A stretch of 64,000 bases of DNA. Source: an uncultured Bacilli bacterium (lineage in GTDB: Bacteria; Bacillota_I; Bacilli_A; RF39; UBA660). The translations under genes were made by a program, and so were the position numbers. Where the stretch lies: the NCBI GenBank assembly GCA_910584255.1, contig CAJTXV010000001.1, forward strand, positions 81,318-145,317, written 5' to 3'. The notes below the pieces were generated by a model. The model worked only from the letters and a program-made list of their open reading frames with translations. It had not been told where the DNA came from and did not search any database. This document shows positions 39,901 to 49,041 of the stretch, piece after piece (within the stretch, counting starts at the first letter, position 1; each line of letters starts with the position of its first letter).

Positions 39901-40329
39901 ATCGTCTTTTGAATTATTATTAGGAATATTATCTGGAGTTTTCACTTCTTCTTGAATTGGTGTTGGAATCGTTGGATTATCTAAAATATCTTTTTTAGGT
40001 CTTAACATACATAGTAAAAACAAAAGTAAAAGTAAAAAAAGGAATAGAAGAAAAAGAAAAGGAATACGTTTCTTCAAAAGAATAAACATGTTATTCCCTA
40101 CATCCACATATCCCTTTTTAAATCCCCACAATTTTTCCTTTACCTCATAATCTTTATCACCAAAATTTAATAAAGCTACATCTTTATTAGAATTTGATTT
40201 CCATTTTTTTAGTCTAGTTTTTCCAACAACAACATTGTCATTTTTGTCTTTAAACTCTTTTTTAGAAATATAAGGAATGTCTTTATAATACTTTGAATTC
40301 TTATGATCAATTGCAATATATTTTTTCAT
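36976..40329 (-). CDS. Giant type-II membrane-anchored surface protein with about 10 Listeria-Bacteroides (Flg_new) repeats and a distinct C-terminal domain
   Basis: About 90-aa N-terminal cytoplasmic segment then TM (FLFLLFLFLLLLLFLLCML); repeats GYSFVGWSTN...ILYAIWE, EGYVFKGWSTEIDGDVIYTDESEIYNLASKDTAVIDLYAKWE, and others. Confidence 0.7.
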   Translation of the reverse strand: MKKYIAIDHKNSKYYKDIPYISKKEFKDKNDNVVVGKTRLKKWKSNSNKDVALLNFGDKDYEVKEKLWGFKKGYVDVGNNMFILLKKRIPFLFLLFLFLLLLLFLLCMLRPKKDILDNPTIPTPIQEEVKTPDNIPNNNSKDDSKLVEKDKDMPISNNTKPIVSNDEVFTYTIEFDANGGNGKMDSIICEENKSCKLPNGIFEREGYSFVGWSTNSNDTPIYKDGVDVSNLSDKAKENIILYAIWEINTFEITFLDYDDSIISKNKYDYGQEIVEPQIPKRNGYQFNGWDKESKIVKEDIVIKATYIINTYNIFYELNGGILEDAPQNYTVEHDSLTIANPQKLGYNFVGWTVDKDEEPIKDYEIPKGSTGNIELIANYEPNIYNLIFNTNGAKENISPKMVKYNSNFGELPKVTKNGYTFVNWADNENKEVSSDTIFKEANDITLSANWQFVSYDIIYNLVGGSIENNPLSYNIESDSITVPNPIKEGYIFLGWSTDESDNFVKDYEIPKGSTGNVELTANYKPISYYISYHSQDAKGIMEDTKVKYNTKAKLRKNSFEKEGYVFKGWSTEIDGDVIYTDESEIYNLASKDTAVIDLYAKWEIIQLKIKYVDLFGVILKEEKIDYGSNPNYPEDPFIDGYTFTRWNCTSNIIKDDTTCKAEYEIENYVINYDLNKGEKDDVKTIRYNVETESITLPNPKREGYEFLGWTGSNGLNPQKTITHTRGTTGNKSYKANWTANIYNVKLNPNKGTVNPTDINVSYDSVYGIIPEPSRLGYSFEGWYSGNDKISDSTVMKKNYNHELTADWQVIDYDIVYNLNGGTLNSPISKYNIESEQIIIPTPTKKGYEFLGWTGSNGTIPQKNVVISKGSIGNKNYEANWQVINYTINYNLDGGNMSSSLTSYNIETPAFTLPIPTKEGYSFQGWTGTDLSSASKTVTINKSIGNRNYTATWSKNYYNVNYYINGNLWTTRSVGYNDALENLDGQSALDGYHTFHGWNGWVDRMPSHAVTLNANVTEAYCNLITGHGPYGNASGLLSVFQSAGWTGNIIEAPNFPGNYLVITDYNLTRYQAEVQKNYIAAHTNYTNYSFPYLYWVGVSCTNGYGESWTRSLGQINFN

Positions 40330-40358
40330 TAATTTGCCCCTTTCAAGTATTTAAAGAC

Positions 40359-43300
40359 TTACTTTCTCTTCTTTTTTTTACATAAGATAATAATAACTGT
40401 CGCTAAACCTGCTAGAGATAACCCACCAAGTGCTAAATATAAAGTCATGCCATTATCATATCCTGTTTGAACACCAGGATTTTCTTGAATAACTGGAAGC
40501 AATGTATTTTGATATTTAATACTATAAAGTAAATCTTCATCAGTCTCTACTTTTTCATCATTAACAAATAACCCATCACTATTCAATTCTATTTTTACAA
40601 TTTCAGATGAAATTCCGTATCCTTCTGGTGCTTCATATTCACTAGCATATAGAACTGAGCCATAATAAACTGGAATTAAGGCAGTTCCATCCTCTATATT
40701 TGCTTTATAAATTCCCACAATTTCGTTACAATCCTTATCTTTACATACTCTAAAAGAAAAATCCTTACTTTTAATATTTTCTAATGTTTTATCATCCACT
40801 TTATTAATTAAAATAAAATTTTTAATTGGTTCATTATAGACATTATAAGTATTTGATATTTTCTCAATATTTTGTCCTTTATATTTTGTATCCACTAATA
40901 ATACTTCCTTATTTTCATAATATCCTTCTAATGGCTCTTCTATAATTTCAAAATATGGTTCATCATCAAATGAAATAGGTAAATCTGCATTAAACACATA
41001 TCCACCATTAGAATCAGTTTTTGCTACTTCAATAATGTTTCCTGCCTCTACTAGCAATTCACCATTATAAGATAAAATATCTTTAGTTGCTTTCAAATTA
41101 AAAATAACACCTTTAAGTGCTATATCACGATCTAAATCTTTTTTTGTTAAATCTACTTCTACTTTTTGTCTTTCATTTGTAATAGAAAGGGTGTCAAATA
41201 CAAGTTCAGTTTCATTATCTTTAAACTCAAGAGAAATATCATATTTTTTCGTATCAACTAACATTCCATTTGGTGCTGAATATTCATACCCAACATAATG
41301 CCCTAGTGGAAGCTTTTTAGACAATGTCTCTTCTTTGTCTGTAGTAGTGACTATATCTGCTATTTCACCTTCTTTATAAATAATACTTCCATCTGCTGGA
41401 TCAATAATATCCTCAGCTGCTTGAATATAAACTGTCATACCTGGCAAATATTTTTCTTCATAAATAAACTGTATATTTCCGTTTTCATCTTTCTCTACAC
41501 CAGTTAATACTTCTCCTTTTTTTGATACTTTAACTTGTCCTTTTACTGCTTGATCATACATAGTTACAGTTAAAATTGGATCTCCATCTTTATCAACTTC
41601 AACAATATTAGAATTTGTGACTTTAAATTCTAATCCCTCTTTATTAATAACATAAAGATCTGGACTTTCAATTTCTTCTAAAAGCCAATTTCCTGCTTTT
41701 ACTTCCAATGGTAATTGAAAATAACCTTTATCAGATGTTTTCCAGGTATCATAAGTTTTATCTGCTACTTTTTGAGTTAAATATTCTTTAGTATCTGCAT
41801 TTTTAATTTTAAAAGATGTATTAGTCATAGTAATTAATTTACCTGTTTCACTATCTTTTTTTTGTAATTTCACATAAGAAGTAAAATTACGATTATTAAT
41901 AATATATTTTATAGTATCTTGATTTTCTTTTGACACTACAAACTCCCAAGAATCCTTTACTTTATCTGTATCTATTTTACCCTTAACCTGTTTTACCATA
42001 AAAGTACCGTATGCCAGCTTTCTGCTTTTCGCCCAGCCTTTGTTCGATGTCACCAATTTATCATATTCTTTTTCAGTAAATTCATCACGATGCTCCCATG
42101 CTTCTTCTATGCTTCCATACTTATCAACATATTTTTTAGCAATTACTAAAAATTCTGCACCTTCTTCTTTTTCTACAATTTCAGAATTTTCACCTGAAGT
42201 TATTACTTTTTCTAATTCAAAATCACCCACAATTACTTCTTCAACTGAAGTTGTTTTTGCAATTACTGTTTTTACATTTTGATCCGAATAAGATAATGTG
42301 AAATTTCTATGCGTTTTATCTATACTATAACCAATTCCAGGAGTAAGTTCAACCCACTCATAAGACCCAAGATAGAGATTATCTACTTGTGCCATTGAGT
42401 TTTCAATACGAACTCTAGTCACCTCATCTCCAGCATTATATATAATACTTCCATCTGCTGGGTCTAAGATGTTTTCTTTTGCCTTCAAGGCATATAATGC
42501 TCCATCAATTTCAGCTTCATTCTGACTATGCTTAACATCTGCATCTTCTTTATAAAGAATGGCTGTACCTTTTACTCTTTCATTCGATAATGTCAAATGA
42601 ATACTTCCACTACCAGTTGCTGAATCACTATCGGTAGTATTATCTGGATTTAACCAATATTTCGTTTTTGTCTTTGTTTCAATTACTGTAAATTGATGAG
42701 TTTTTGATGCCATCTCAGTAGCTTTAATTTGTGCTTCCGAATCAGCAGCTGCTCTTGCCTCTAGTTCGCTATGATAAGCTCCTCTCTCATCAACTTTCGC
42801 TCTACCTTCACTACCTAAATCATCCCAATTTGTTACATAAGTTTTTGGAGATGAAGTTGCTGTAAAAGTAACAACAGATGTAGAAGTAGCATTTCCTTGT
42901 TCATTAGTTACTCCAGATGAAAACTTTACTCCATCACGATAAAAATCCACTTCTACTCCAGAAAGTGGTTTCTTTGATTCAATATCATCTTTATAAAATG
43001 AAATATCTACTACTTCATTGGCTGTTTTAGTAGAATCTAATGTTGCATATATTGGTTGTGCATCAGTTAACCTAAATACTGTAATATAGTCCATAGAATT
43101 AACGTTTGTAGACATACCAAAAAGTGAAATATTAGAAGCTAATATGGCATCTCCTACTCCATAAGTATATCCATTAGCTCCGTACATTGAAATAGTGCTT
43201 CCATAAACACGAATAAATCCAACATGACCTGAACCTGTGTAATTTGCTTTATCTTCAGGTCTTTGAATTACTAGATCTCCATTTTTAAATAATTTGGCAT

Positions 43301-43691
43301 TTGCTTTAACATCTTTTATATAACCAGCCCAAATTAATTTTGCATCCTCTGGGTGATTCATAGCATTACGATACATACCATCTGGTGCATATCTTGCCCC
43401 AGTACCATCTGCTTGTGGTGTATCAATATTATAGGGATGTGTTCCCACAATAGAAGTCCCAATTCCTAATTTGTTTAAAGTACGAGTTACTAATCCAGTA
43501 CAAGTACCTACTTCTCCATAACCCCAATCACTGTATGTCATTGCTGTCTCAATAATTTTATCTCCAGAGACATTTGCTAATGCACTTACTTTTGGTATAA
43601 ATGGCGTGATTGGAAATGACGTCATTAAAATTCCTACTGCTAAAACTACATTTAAAACTTTTTTAAACTTCATACCAATTTTTTTCTTCAC
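40359..43691 (-). CDS. Sortase-anchored giant adhesin: signal peptide, N-terminal CHAP/NlpC-like domain, CnaB/prealbumin-like repeats, C-terminal cell-wall sorting signal
   Basis: Signal peptide VLAVGILMTSF...ALA; GTCTGLVTRTL ... GSGHVGFIRV (Cys/His CHAP-like); C-terminus ...ENPGVQTGYDNG + hydrophobic LYLALGGLSLAGLATVIIIL + CKKKKRK. Confidence 0.7.
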   Translation of the reverse strand: MKKKIGMKFKKVLNVVLAVGILMTSFPITPFIPKVSALANVSGDKIIETAMTYSDWGYGEVGTCTGLVTRTLNKLGIGTSIVGTHPYNIDTPQADGTGARYAPDGMYRNAMNHPEDAKLIWAGYIKDVKANAKLFKNGDLVIQRPEDKANYTGSGHVGFIRVYGSTISMYGANGYTYGVGDAILASNISLFGMSTNVNSMDYITVFRLTDAQPIYATLDSTKTANEVVDISFYKDDIESKKPLSGVEVDFYRDGVKFSSGVTNEQGNATSTSVVTFTATSSPKTYVTNWDDLGSEGRAKVDERGAYHSELEARAAADSEAQIKATEMASKTHQFTVIETKTKTKYWLNPDNTTDSDSATGSGSIHLTLSNERVKGTAILYKEDADVKHSQNEAEIDGALYALKAKENILDPADGSIIYNAGDEVTRVRIENSMAQVDNLYLGSYEWVELTPGIGYSIDKTHRNFTLSYSDQNVKTVIAKTTSVEEVIVGDFELEKVITSGENSEIVEKEEGAEFLVIAKKYVDKYGSIEEAWEHRDEFTEKEYDKLVTSNKGWAKSRKLAYGTFMVKQVKGKIDTDKVKDSWEFVVSKENQDTIKYIINNRNFTSYVKLQKKDSETGKLITMTNTSFKIKNADTKEYLTQKVADKTYDTWKTSDKGYFQLPLEVKAGNWLLEEIESPDLYVINKEGLEFKVTNSNIVEVDKDGDPILTVTMYDQAVKGQVKVSKKGEVLTGVEKDENGNIQFIYEEKYLPGMTVYIQAAEDIIDPADGSIIYKEGEIADIVTTTDKEETLSKKLPLGHYVGYEYSAPNGMLVDTKKYDISLEFKDNETELVFDTLSITNERQKVEVDLTKKDLDRDIALKGVIFNLKATKDILSYNGELLVEAGNIIEVAKTDSNGGYVFNADLPISFDDEPYFEIIEEPLEGYYENKEVLLVDTKYKGQNIEKISNTYNVYNEPIKNFILINKVDDKTLENIKSKDFSFRVCKDKDCNEIVGIYKANIEDGTALIPVYYGSVLYASEYEAPEGYGISSEIVKIELNSDGLFVNDEKVETDEDLLYSIKYQNTLLPVIQENPGVQTGYDNGMTLYLALGGLSLAGLATVIIILCKKKKRK

Positions 43692-43787
43692 AATAATCTC
43701 CTCTCTTTAAAATATGGTACTGCTCATAAAAAGTTTTTAAATCCCTATCATCCCCTTTCTTTTCAATAAAAAATAGAGAAAAAAGGC

Positions 43788-43819
43788 ATAAAAAAATAGA
43801 CATAAAATCATGTCTATTT
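43788..43819 (-). terminator. Rho-independent terminator downstream of 43930..44820
   Basis: Minus sense: AAATAGACAT-gatttt-ATGTCTATTT followed by a T-run (A-run 43788-43796 on the plus strand). Confidence 0.45.
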
Positions 43820-43929
43820 GTATCTCTTTATATTTTCTCTATATTACCATAATAGCACATTTTTTTAGGACAGTCAACGGACATTTGAAAATTTTTTAAT
43901 TTTTTTTTATATAACTATAATTATAAATG

Positions 43930-44820
43930 CTACTTTATTCTAAAGCTCCATCCACCATAAAAATACATAACAGTATAGAATGATTCTTTGATTTCTTTCT
44001 TCAAGCTGTTACCCCAAATTACTTTTGCAGGTATTCCATACAAAGTAAGTTGAATCAAAGTCGCATATATTCTATCTAAATCTGTATCCCAAACTTCAAC
44101 ATACAATTCTTTTTGATAATTTACTCCTTTGTTTTTTAAAAAATGTGCTGCTGCTAAAGCTGTACTTCCTACTCCACAACTAGGATCATACACAGAAATA
44201 TATCCTTGTTCTTTAATGGCTTTTTCATAATCCACAAAAGTTGTTTCTGCAATAATTAAAGACTTTGCCCAATCTTGATAAAATTTTAATGTTTTATCAC
44301 TTGAAATATCTAACTTGCCAATCAATTCTCCTATTACATCAACTACTTCACTTTTTGCTTCTGCTATTAATGTTAAATCAGATAATAACTTAGCTAATTC
44401 ATTAAATTCTTCTTTTGTATATTTATCCTCTATAATTTTAAATTCTTTTTCTCTATTTTCTTTTTTATCACCATTTAATTCCATTGCCTGAATATAAGCT
44501 AATCCACCCATTCTTATAAAATCAATAAACAAATCATATTTATCATGCTTATTACCAGCAAGGGCATTGAAATCTGTTATAAATTCATTATAAATATCAT
44601 AATCTGAACCACTTAACAAAGAATCAACAGTTGTTTTAAGAACTTTTGCTAAATCACATAAATTATAAACTGATGGTATTGCACTTCCATTTTCCCAATT
44701 ACTTAATTGCTTTTTACTAAAACTAAGTGAATCCGATTTATTTTCTTTTACCTTATCTATAATATCATCCTGTGTATAATTCAATTCATTTCTTCTTTTC
44801 TTTATATTATCTCCTAACAT
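43930..44820 (-). CDS. XRE-type HTH domain fused to a truncated N6-adenine methyltransferase-like domain
   Basis: N-terminal QDDIIDKV...LSNWENGSAIPSVYNLCDLAKVL (HTH); C-terminal ISVYDPSCGVGSTALAAAHFL (MTase motif I) and VIWGNSL, but no NPPY/F before the stop. Confidence 0.55.
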   Translation of the reverse strand: MLGDNIKKRRNELNYTQDDIIDKVKENKSDSLSFSKKQLSNWENGSAIPSVYNLCDLAKVLKTTVDSLLSGSDYDIYNEFITDFNALAGNKHDKYDLFIDFIRMGGLAYIQAMELNGDKKENREKEFKIIEDKYTKEEFNELAKLLSDLTLIAEAKSEVVDVIGELIGKLDISSDKTLKFYQDWAKSLIIAETTFVDYEKAIKEQGYISVYDPSCGVGSTALAAAHFLKNKGVNYQKELYVEVWDTDLDRIYATLIQLTLYGIPAKVIWGNSLKKEIKESFYTVMYFYGGWSFRIK

Positions 44821-44904
44821 ATCTATTCCTCCTTGTTGATATATCTGTAATTATTATATATTAAGTTTACAGATATGTCAATATATATGATTTTAGAGAT
44901 TTTT

Positions 44905-44932
44905 AAAAGCAAGCTTTTTATAACTTGCTTTT
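44905..44932 (-). terminator. Palindromic hairpin downstream of the IleRS gene
   Basis: AAAGCAAG-cttttta/taa-CTTGCTTT; weak U-tract. Confidence 0.35.
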
Positions 44933-44949
44933 CTTTAATTAATTTAAAA

Positions 44950-47900
44950 CTATTTTTTTAATTGTAATAAAACTTTAGATTCTAACAACTCTACTTCTTT
45001 TTCATAATCAAAATCATCAGTTTTATCAAATGATAAAGTAGATAAAGTCTCTGATGCTATTTGTTCTTTATAACTATCTAACATAGCTTTGACTTTTTCA
45101 TCATCAGTAACGATATTTAATTTAATTCTATCAACAACATCATAGTCAGCTTCTTTTCTTGCAACTTGACATTGTCTCAATAATTTTCTATACATGAATT
45201 CCTCATATAATTGATCATCAATAGTAATATCAAGTGCTACAAATTTACCTTGTTCTTCAGCAACTTTAACACCATCATTATACTTATATTCGACTTTTAA
45301 TGTTTCAGGAACTATATTGATTCCATCAAGTACCATTTCTTCATTTTTAGAATATTTATTATATAAATCTTTCATATCTTCTTCATTCAAATTTAATAAT
45401 AATTCTTTAACATGATTTACTTTTTCCTTATAAGTCATACCTGCTACTTTAAAATCCAATGTAAGATAAGGGGTACATAATGAATCAGTATTATCAAGAT
45501 ATTCAATTTCCTTAACATTTAATTCATCCAATAAGATTTGTTCATATTCATCTAACGAAATATGTTTGAATCCACATAACGATAATTTTCTTAATGGTTG
45601 AGTTAATTTCAAATTATTTTCATTTTTAATTCTTAAAGCCATTGTTACAATATTTCTAACTTCATCTGTTTCCTCAAGTAACTTTTCATCATATTCTTTA
45701 ACTTCTGGAAAGTTAGATAAATGTACTGAGATGGCTTCTTTTGGTTCAACATGAAGAATTAAATCTTTCCAAATATGATCAGTCATAAATGGTATTATTG
45801 GAGCCATTACTTGAGTCATCTGTTTTAGTGCTTTATATAATGATTGATATGCTGAATATTTTTCATCATTCATTTCAGATTTCCAGAATTTTTTTCTGTT
45901 TATCTTAATATACCAATTTGATACTTCATCAACACATTCTTCAAAAATCTTAACAACATTATTTGGTTCAAAATTATCATAATATTTTTTTGCTTCAGCA
46001 ACAAATTTATTTATTCTTGTATCTAACCATTTATCACTTACACTATGTACTTTATATTCTTTTGTTAAATCTGGTTTATCAATTTCATAATATAAATCAA
46101 AGAATGCTGCAATATTATAAAAATTCATAAGTTTTCTTTTAGCTTCTTCTAACATTTTAAATCCAAATCTAATATCATTAACACGATTTGTTCCTAAATA
46201 ATTATATCTGATAGCATCTGCACCATGTATTTTAACAACATCATCAAACGTTAAATCATTCTTATTAGATTTACTAAATTTAGATCCATCTTCCTTTACA
46301 ACCATACCATAAGTACCACATTTTTCGTAAGGAATTTTATTTTCAAGTACAGTTGACATAAATAACATTGAATAGAACCATAATCTAATTTGTTCAGTAG
46401 CTTCAACTACAAGTTCTGCTGGGAAGTATTCCTTCCAATATTCTTTATCTTCAAAATACTTTAAAGTTGAATAAGGAACAATACCTGCATCTAACCAAAC
46501 ATCTCCAACTTGTTCTACTCTTTCCACTTCTTTTCCACATTCAGGGCATTTAATTTTAACTTCATCGATAAATGGACGATGTAATTCTTGTAGATTATCT
46601 ACTATCTTAGGATCAACAGCTAAATCTCTTAATTCTTCTTTAGAACCAATTACTGTTAAATGACCACACTCACATTTATAGAATGGCAATGGTAATCCAT
46701 AGAATCTTCTTCTAGAAATATTCCATGCTCCCATATTTGTAAGCCAATCTAACATTCTTTTTTCTTGATATTCTGGAGTATATTTAACTTTTTTCGCATT
46801 TTCGATTAATTGTTCTCTTATTGGGTCAACATCTATTGCCCACTCTTTAACAAGTCTAAACATAATATCTTGTTTACATCTCCAGCAATATGGATATGCG
46901 TGTTTATAATCATGCGTAAAGAATAATTTTCCTCTTTTATCTAGTTCTTCAAATACTAAATCTTGAACTTCCCTAGCATTTTTACCAGATAAGAATCCAA
47001 AGTTATCATATACATAACCAGATTCATCAATTGGAATTATTTTATCTAATCCTAAAGATTCTCCTAATTCAAAATCTTCTGCTCCACAACCTGGTGCTAT
47101 ATGAACTATACCTGATCCTTCCGAATTATCTACCATATCCCATAAAACTATGTTATGTTTTACACCATCTTGTGCTGGTATTTCTGGAAAGCAAGTTTCA
47201 AATTCTAATCCTTCTAATTCCTTACCTTTAACGATTTCTATAACTTTTGCTTTTTCTTTAAATTTTCTTTCAAATACATCTTTGCATAACAATAATTTTT
47301 CTCCATCAAAGTCAGCAATTACATAATCAAATTCTGGATTAACAGCTAAAGCAACATTGGCACATAATGTCCAAGGAGTTGTTGTCCATACAAGGGCTTT
47401 ATAATCTTTTCCTACAATTGGTAGTTTAAAGAATACTGCCTTACAAGTAACATCATGATAACTACCTGTCATTTCATGTTCAGATAAAGATGTTCCACAT
47501 CTTATACACCAAGGCATAGGTTTATAAGTCTCTTTTATTAATCCTTTTTCATTACATTTTTTTAAGAAATACCAAATACTTGTAATGTTATTATCTGCCA
47601 AAGTATAGTATGAATTATCCCAATCCATCCATTGACCAAGTCTTTTTGATTGTTCAGTAATAATTCCTGAGAATTTTTTTACACGATCAACACAGGCATT
47701 AGTAAAGTTTTCAAGACCAAAGTTTTCAACATCCTTTTTATTTTTAAATCCTAAATCTTTTTCTACTTCTACTTCTACCCAAAGTCCTTGACCATCAAAG
47801 CCATTTCTATAATGAGTAATATATCCATTCATTGCTTTATATCTAATAAAACAGTCTTTTAAACTTCTACCAAAAGCATGATGGACACCCATTTTATTAT

Positions 47901-48045
47901 TTGCTGTAATAGGACCATCTATGAAACGATACTTCTTACCATTTTTGTTTTTCTCTCTTAGCTTTTCAAAACAATTTTCTTCTTGCCAATATTGAATTAC
48001 TTCTTCTTCATTTTTGACAAAATCATAATTTTTCATATTTGCCAT
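44950..48045 (-). CDS. ileS: Isoleucyl-tRNA synthetase paralog (type-2/eukaryote-like class I aaRS) with a non-canonical HIGH region
   Basis: 1031 aa; GPITANNKMGVHHAFG where P-P-T-A-N-G-x-P-H-x-G-H-A is expected; editing-domain TTTPWTLCANVALAV; Zn motifs WCIRCGTSLSEHE and CPECGKEV; KMSKS as KFSKS; no T-box recognised in the 310-nt leader. Confidence 0.75.
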   Translation of the reverse strand: MANMKNYDFVKNEEEVIQYWQEENCFEKLREKNKNGKKYRFIDGPITANNKMGVHHAFGRSLKDCFIRYKAMNGYITHYRNGFDGQGLWVEVEVEKDLGFKNKKDVENFGLENFTNACVDRVKKFSGIITEQSKRLGQWMDWDNSYYTLADNNITSIWYFLKKCNEKGLIKETYKPMPWCIRCGTSLSEHEMTGSYHDVTCKAVFFKLPIVGKDYKALVWTTTPWTLCANVALAVNPEFDYVIADFDGEKLLLCKDVFERKFKEKAKVIEIVKGKELEGLEFETCFPEIPAQDGVKHNIVLWDMVDNSEGSGIVHIAPGCGAEDFELGESLGLDKIIPIDESGYVYDNFGFLSGKNAREVQDLVFEELDKRGKLFFTHDYKHAYPYCWRCKQDIMFRLVKEWAIDVDPIREQLIENAKKVKYTPEYQEKRMLDWLTNMGAWNISRRRFYGLPLPFYKCECGHLTVIGSKEELRDLAVDPKIVDNLQELHRPFIDEVKIKCPECGKEVERVEQVGDVWLDAGIVPYSTLKYFEDKEYWKEYFPAELVVEATEQIRLWFYSMLFMSTVLENKIPYEKCGTYGMVVKEDGSKFSKSNKNDLTFDDVVKIHGADAIRYNYLGTNRVNDIRFGFKMLEEAKRKLMNFYNIAAFFDLYYEIDKPDLTKEYKVHSVSDKWLDTRINKFVAEAKKYYDNFEPNNVVKIFEECVDEVSNWYIKINRKKFWKSEMNDEKYSAYQSLYKALKQMTQVMAPIIPFMTDHIWKDLILHVEPKEAISVHLSNFPEVKEYDEKLLEETDEVRNIVTMALRIKNENNLKLTQPLRKLSLCGFKHISLDEYEQILLDELNVKEIEYLDNTDSLCTPYLTLDFKVAGMTYKEKVNHVKELLLNLNEEDMKDLYNKYSKNEEMVLDGINIVPETLKVEYKYNDGVKVAEEQGKFVALDITIDDQLYEEFMYRKLLRQCQVARKEADYDVVDRIKLNIVTDDEKVKAMLDSYKEQIASETLSTLSFDKTDDFDYEKEVELLESKVLLQLKK

Positions 48046-48357
48046 GAATAATCATCCTTTCCTTTTTAAGCAATCCTATAATAAATAAAAGACTTCTTCT
48101 ATCATAAATAGAAAAAGTCTTGACTTTCTTTATACCACTATTTACAACAATCTAACAATTGCGTCTTTTTTAACGGAAAGAAACCGTTGATTCTTACTCT
48201 TTTGCAATTTCTGAATCACAACAATAGAGTGATATTCATAATATAACTACTCATATAGGGTTCTCACTATCTCCTACTCACTTTGACTTTTGTCATAATA
48301 CTACTGTCTCTATTATAGTCTTTGCTTGTTTCATGCAGAAATAATATACCACAATTA

Positions 48358-49041
48358 TTAATTAATGTCAATTTCGGAACTATTTTTTTCTAATAATTCT
48401 CTTAATTTTTTTGTATGAAACTGTATTGCATCTTCTTTGTTTGTAAATCGTTCTTGCAATAATATATCATTATCTGCATCTTCGCTATTATCAAATAACA
48501 TTGTTTCATAAGAAAATGTAAATGGAGCTGTTTTTCCTAAATATACTGTAGATAAAAAATATTTCTTTGATGAACTAAAAATATAATTTTGACATATAAA
48601 AGGATTCCTTTTTTGCTCGTAATCATTAGGATATGTTTCCTTTAATGTTTGCTCTTGTGTTATTGAATATAAACATACTGATGAAATTGGAAAAGTTATA
48701 ATATAATTTTTTGATCTTTTAATAAATTGAAACTCATTTATCATTCTAAAGGTATAATCAAAATCATGATACAAAACTATTTTCTTTTTTAAATTAATTT
48801 TATCATTGTCTATTGTTCCTTCTAATCCTAAAGATAAAGTTGAAAGAAAATTTTCTATTTCTCGTTCCATTTCTTCAAAAGTAGAATTAGTTTTTAAGAA
48901 ACCTTCTATTTTTGTATAAAATTCATCTTCATTTAATAAAATATTATTCTCAAAAAAATATGAATATGACATATTAAAATTCCTAATAAAATAAGAATCA
49001 TCTAATTTATTGCTCTGTTCTAGATATTCCAGTACATTCAT
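48358..49041 (-). CDS. Hypothetical protein
   Basis: 227-aa ORF. Confidence 0.4.
   Translation of the reverse strand: MNVLEYLEQSNKLDDSYFIRNFNMSYSYFFENNILLNEDEFYTKIEGFLKTNSTFEEMEREIENFLSTLSLGLEGTIDNDKINLKKKIVLYHDFDYTFRMINEFQFIKRSKNYIITFPISSVCLYSITQEQTLKETYPNDYEQKRNPFICQNYIFSSSKKYFLSTVYLGKTAPFTFSYETMLFDNSEDADNDILLQERFTNKEDAIQFHTKKLRELLEKNSSEIDIN

Noticed and set aside
48046-48357. T-box riboswitch leader expected upstream of an aaRS gene
   Set aside because: No GGGTGGNACCGCG-type T-box sequence or specifier-loop architecture was recognisable. Only a short AACGG...CCGTT hairpin followed by A-rich sequence is present, and it is not a terminator in the transcribed orientation.
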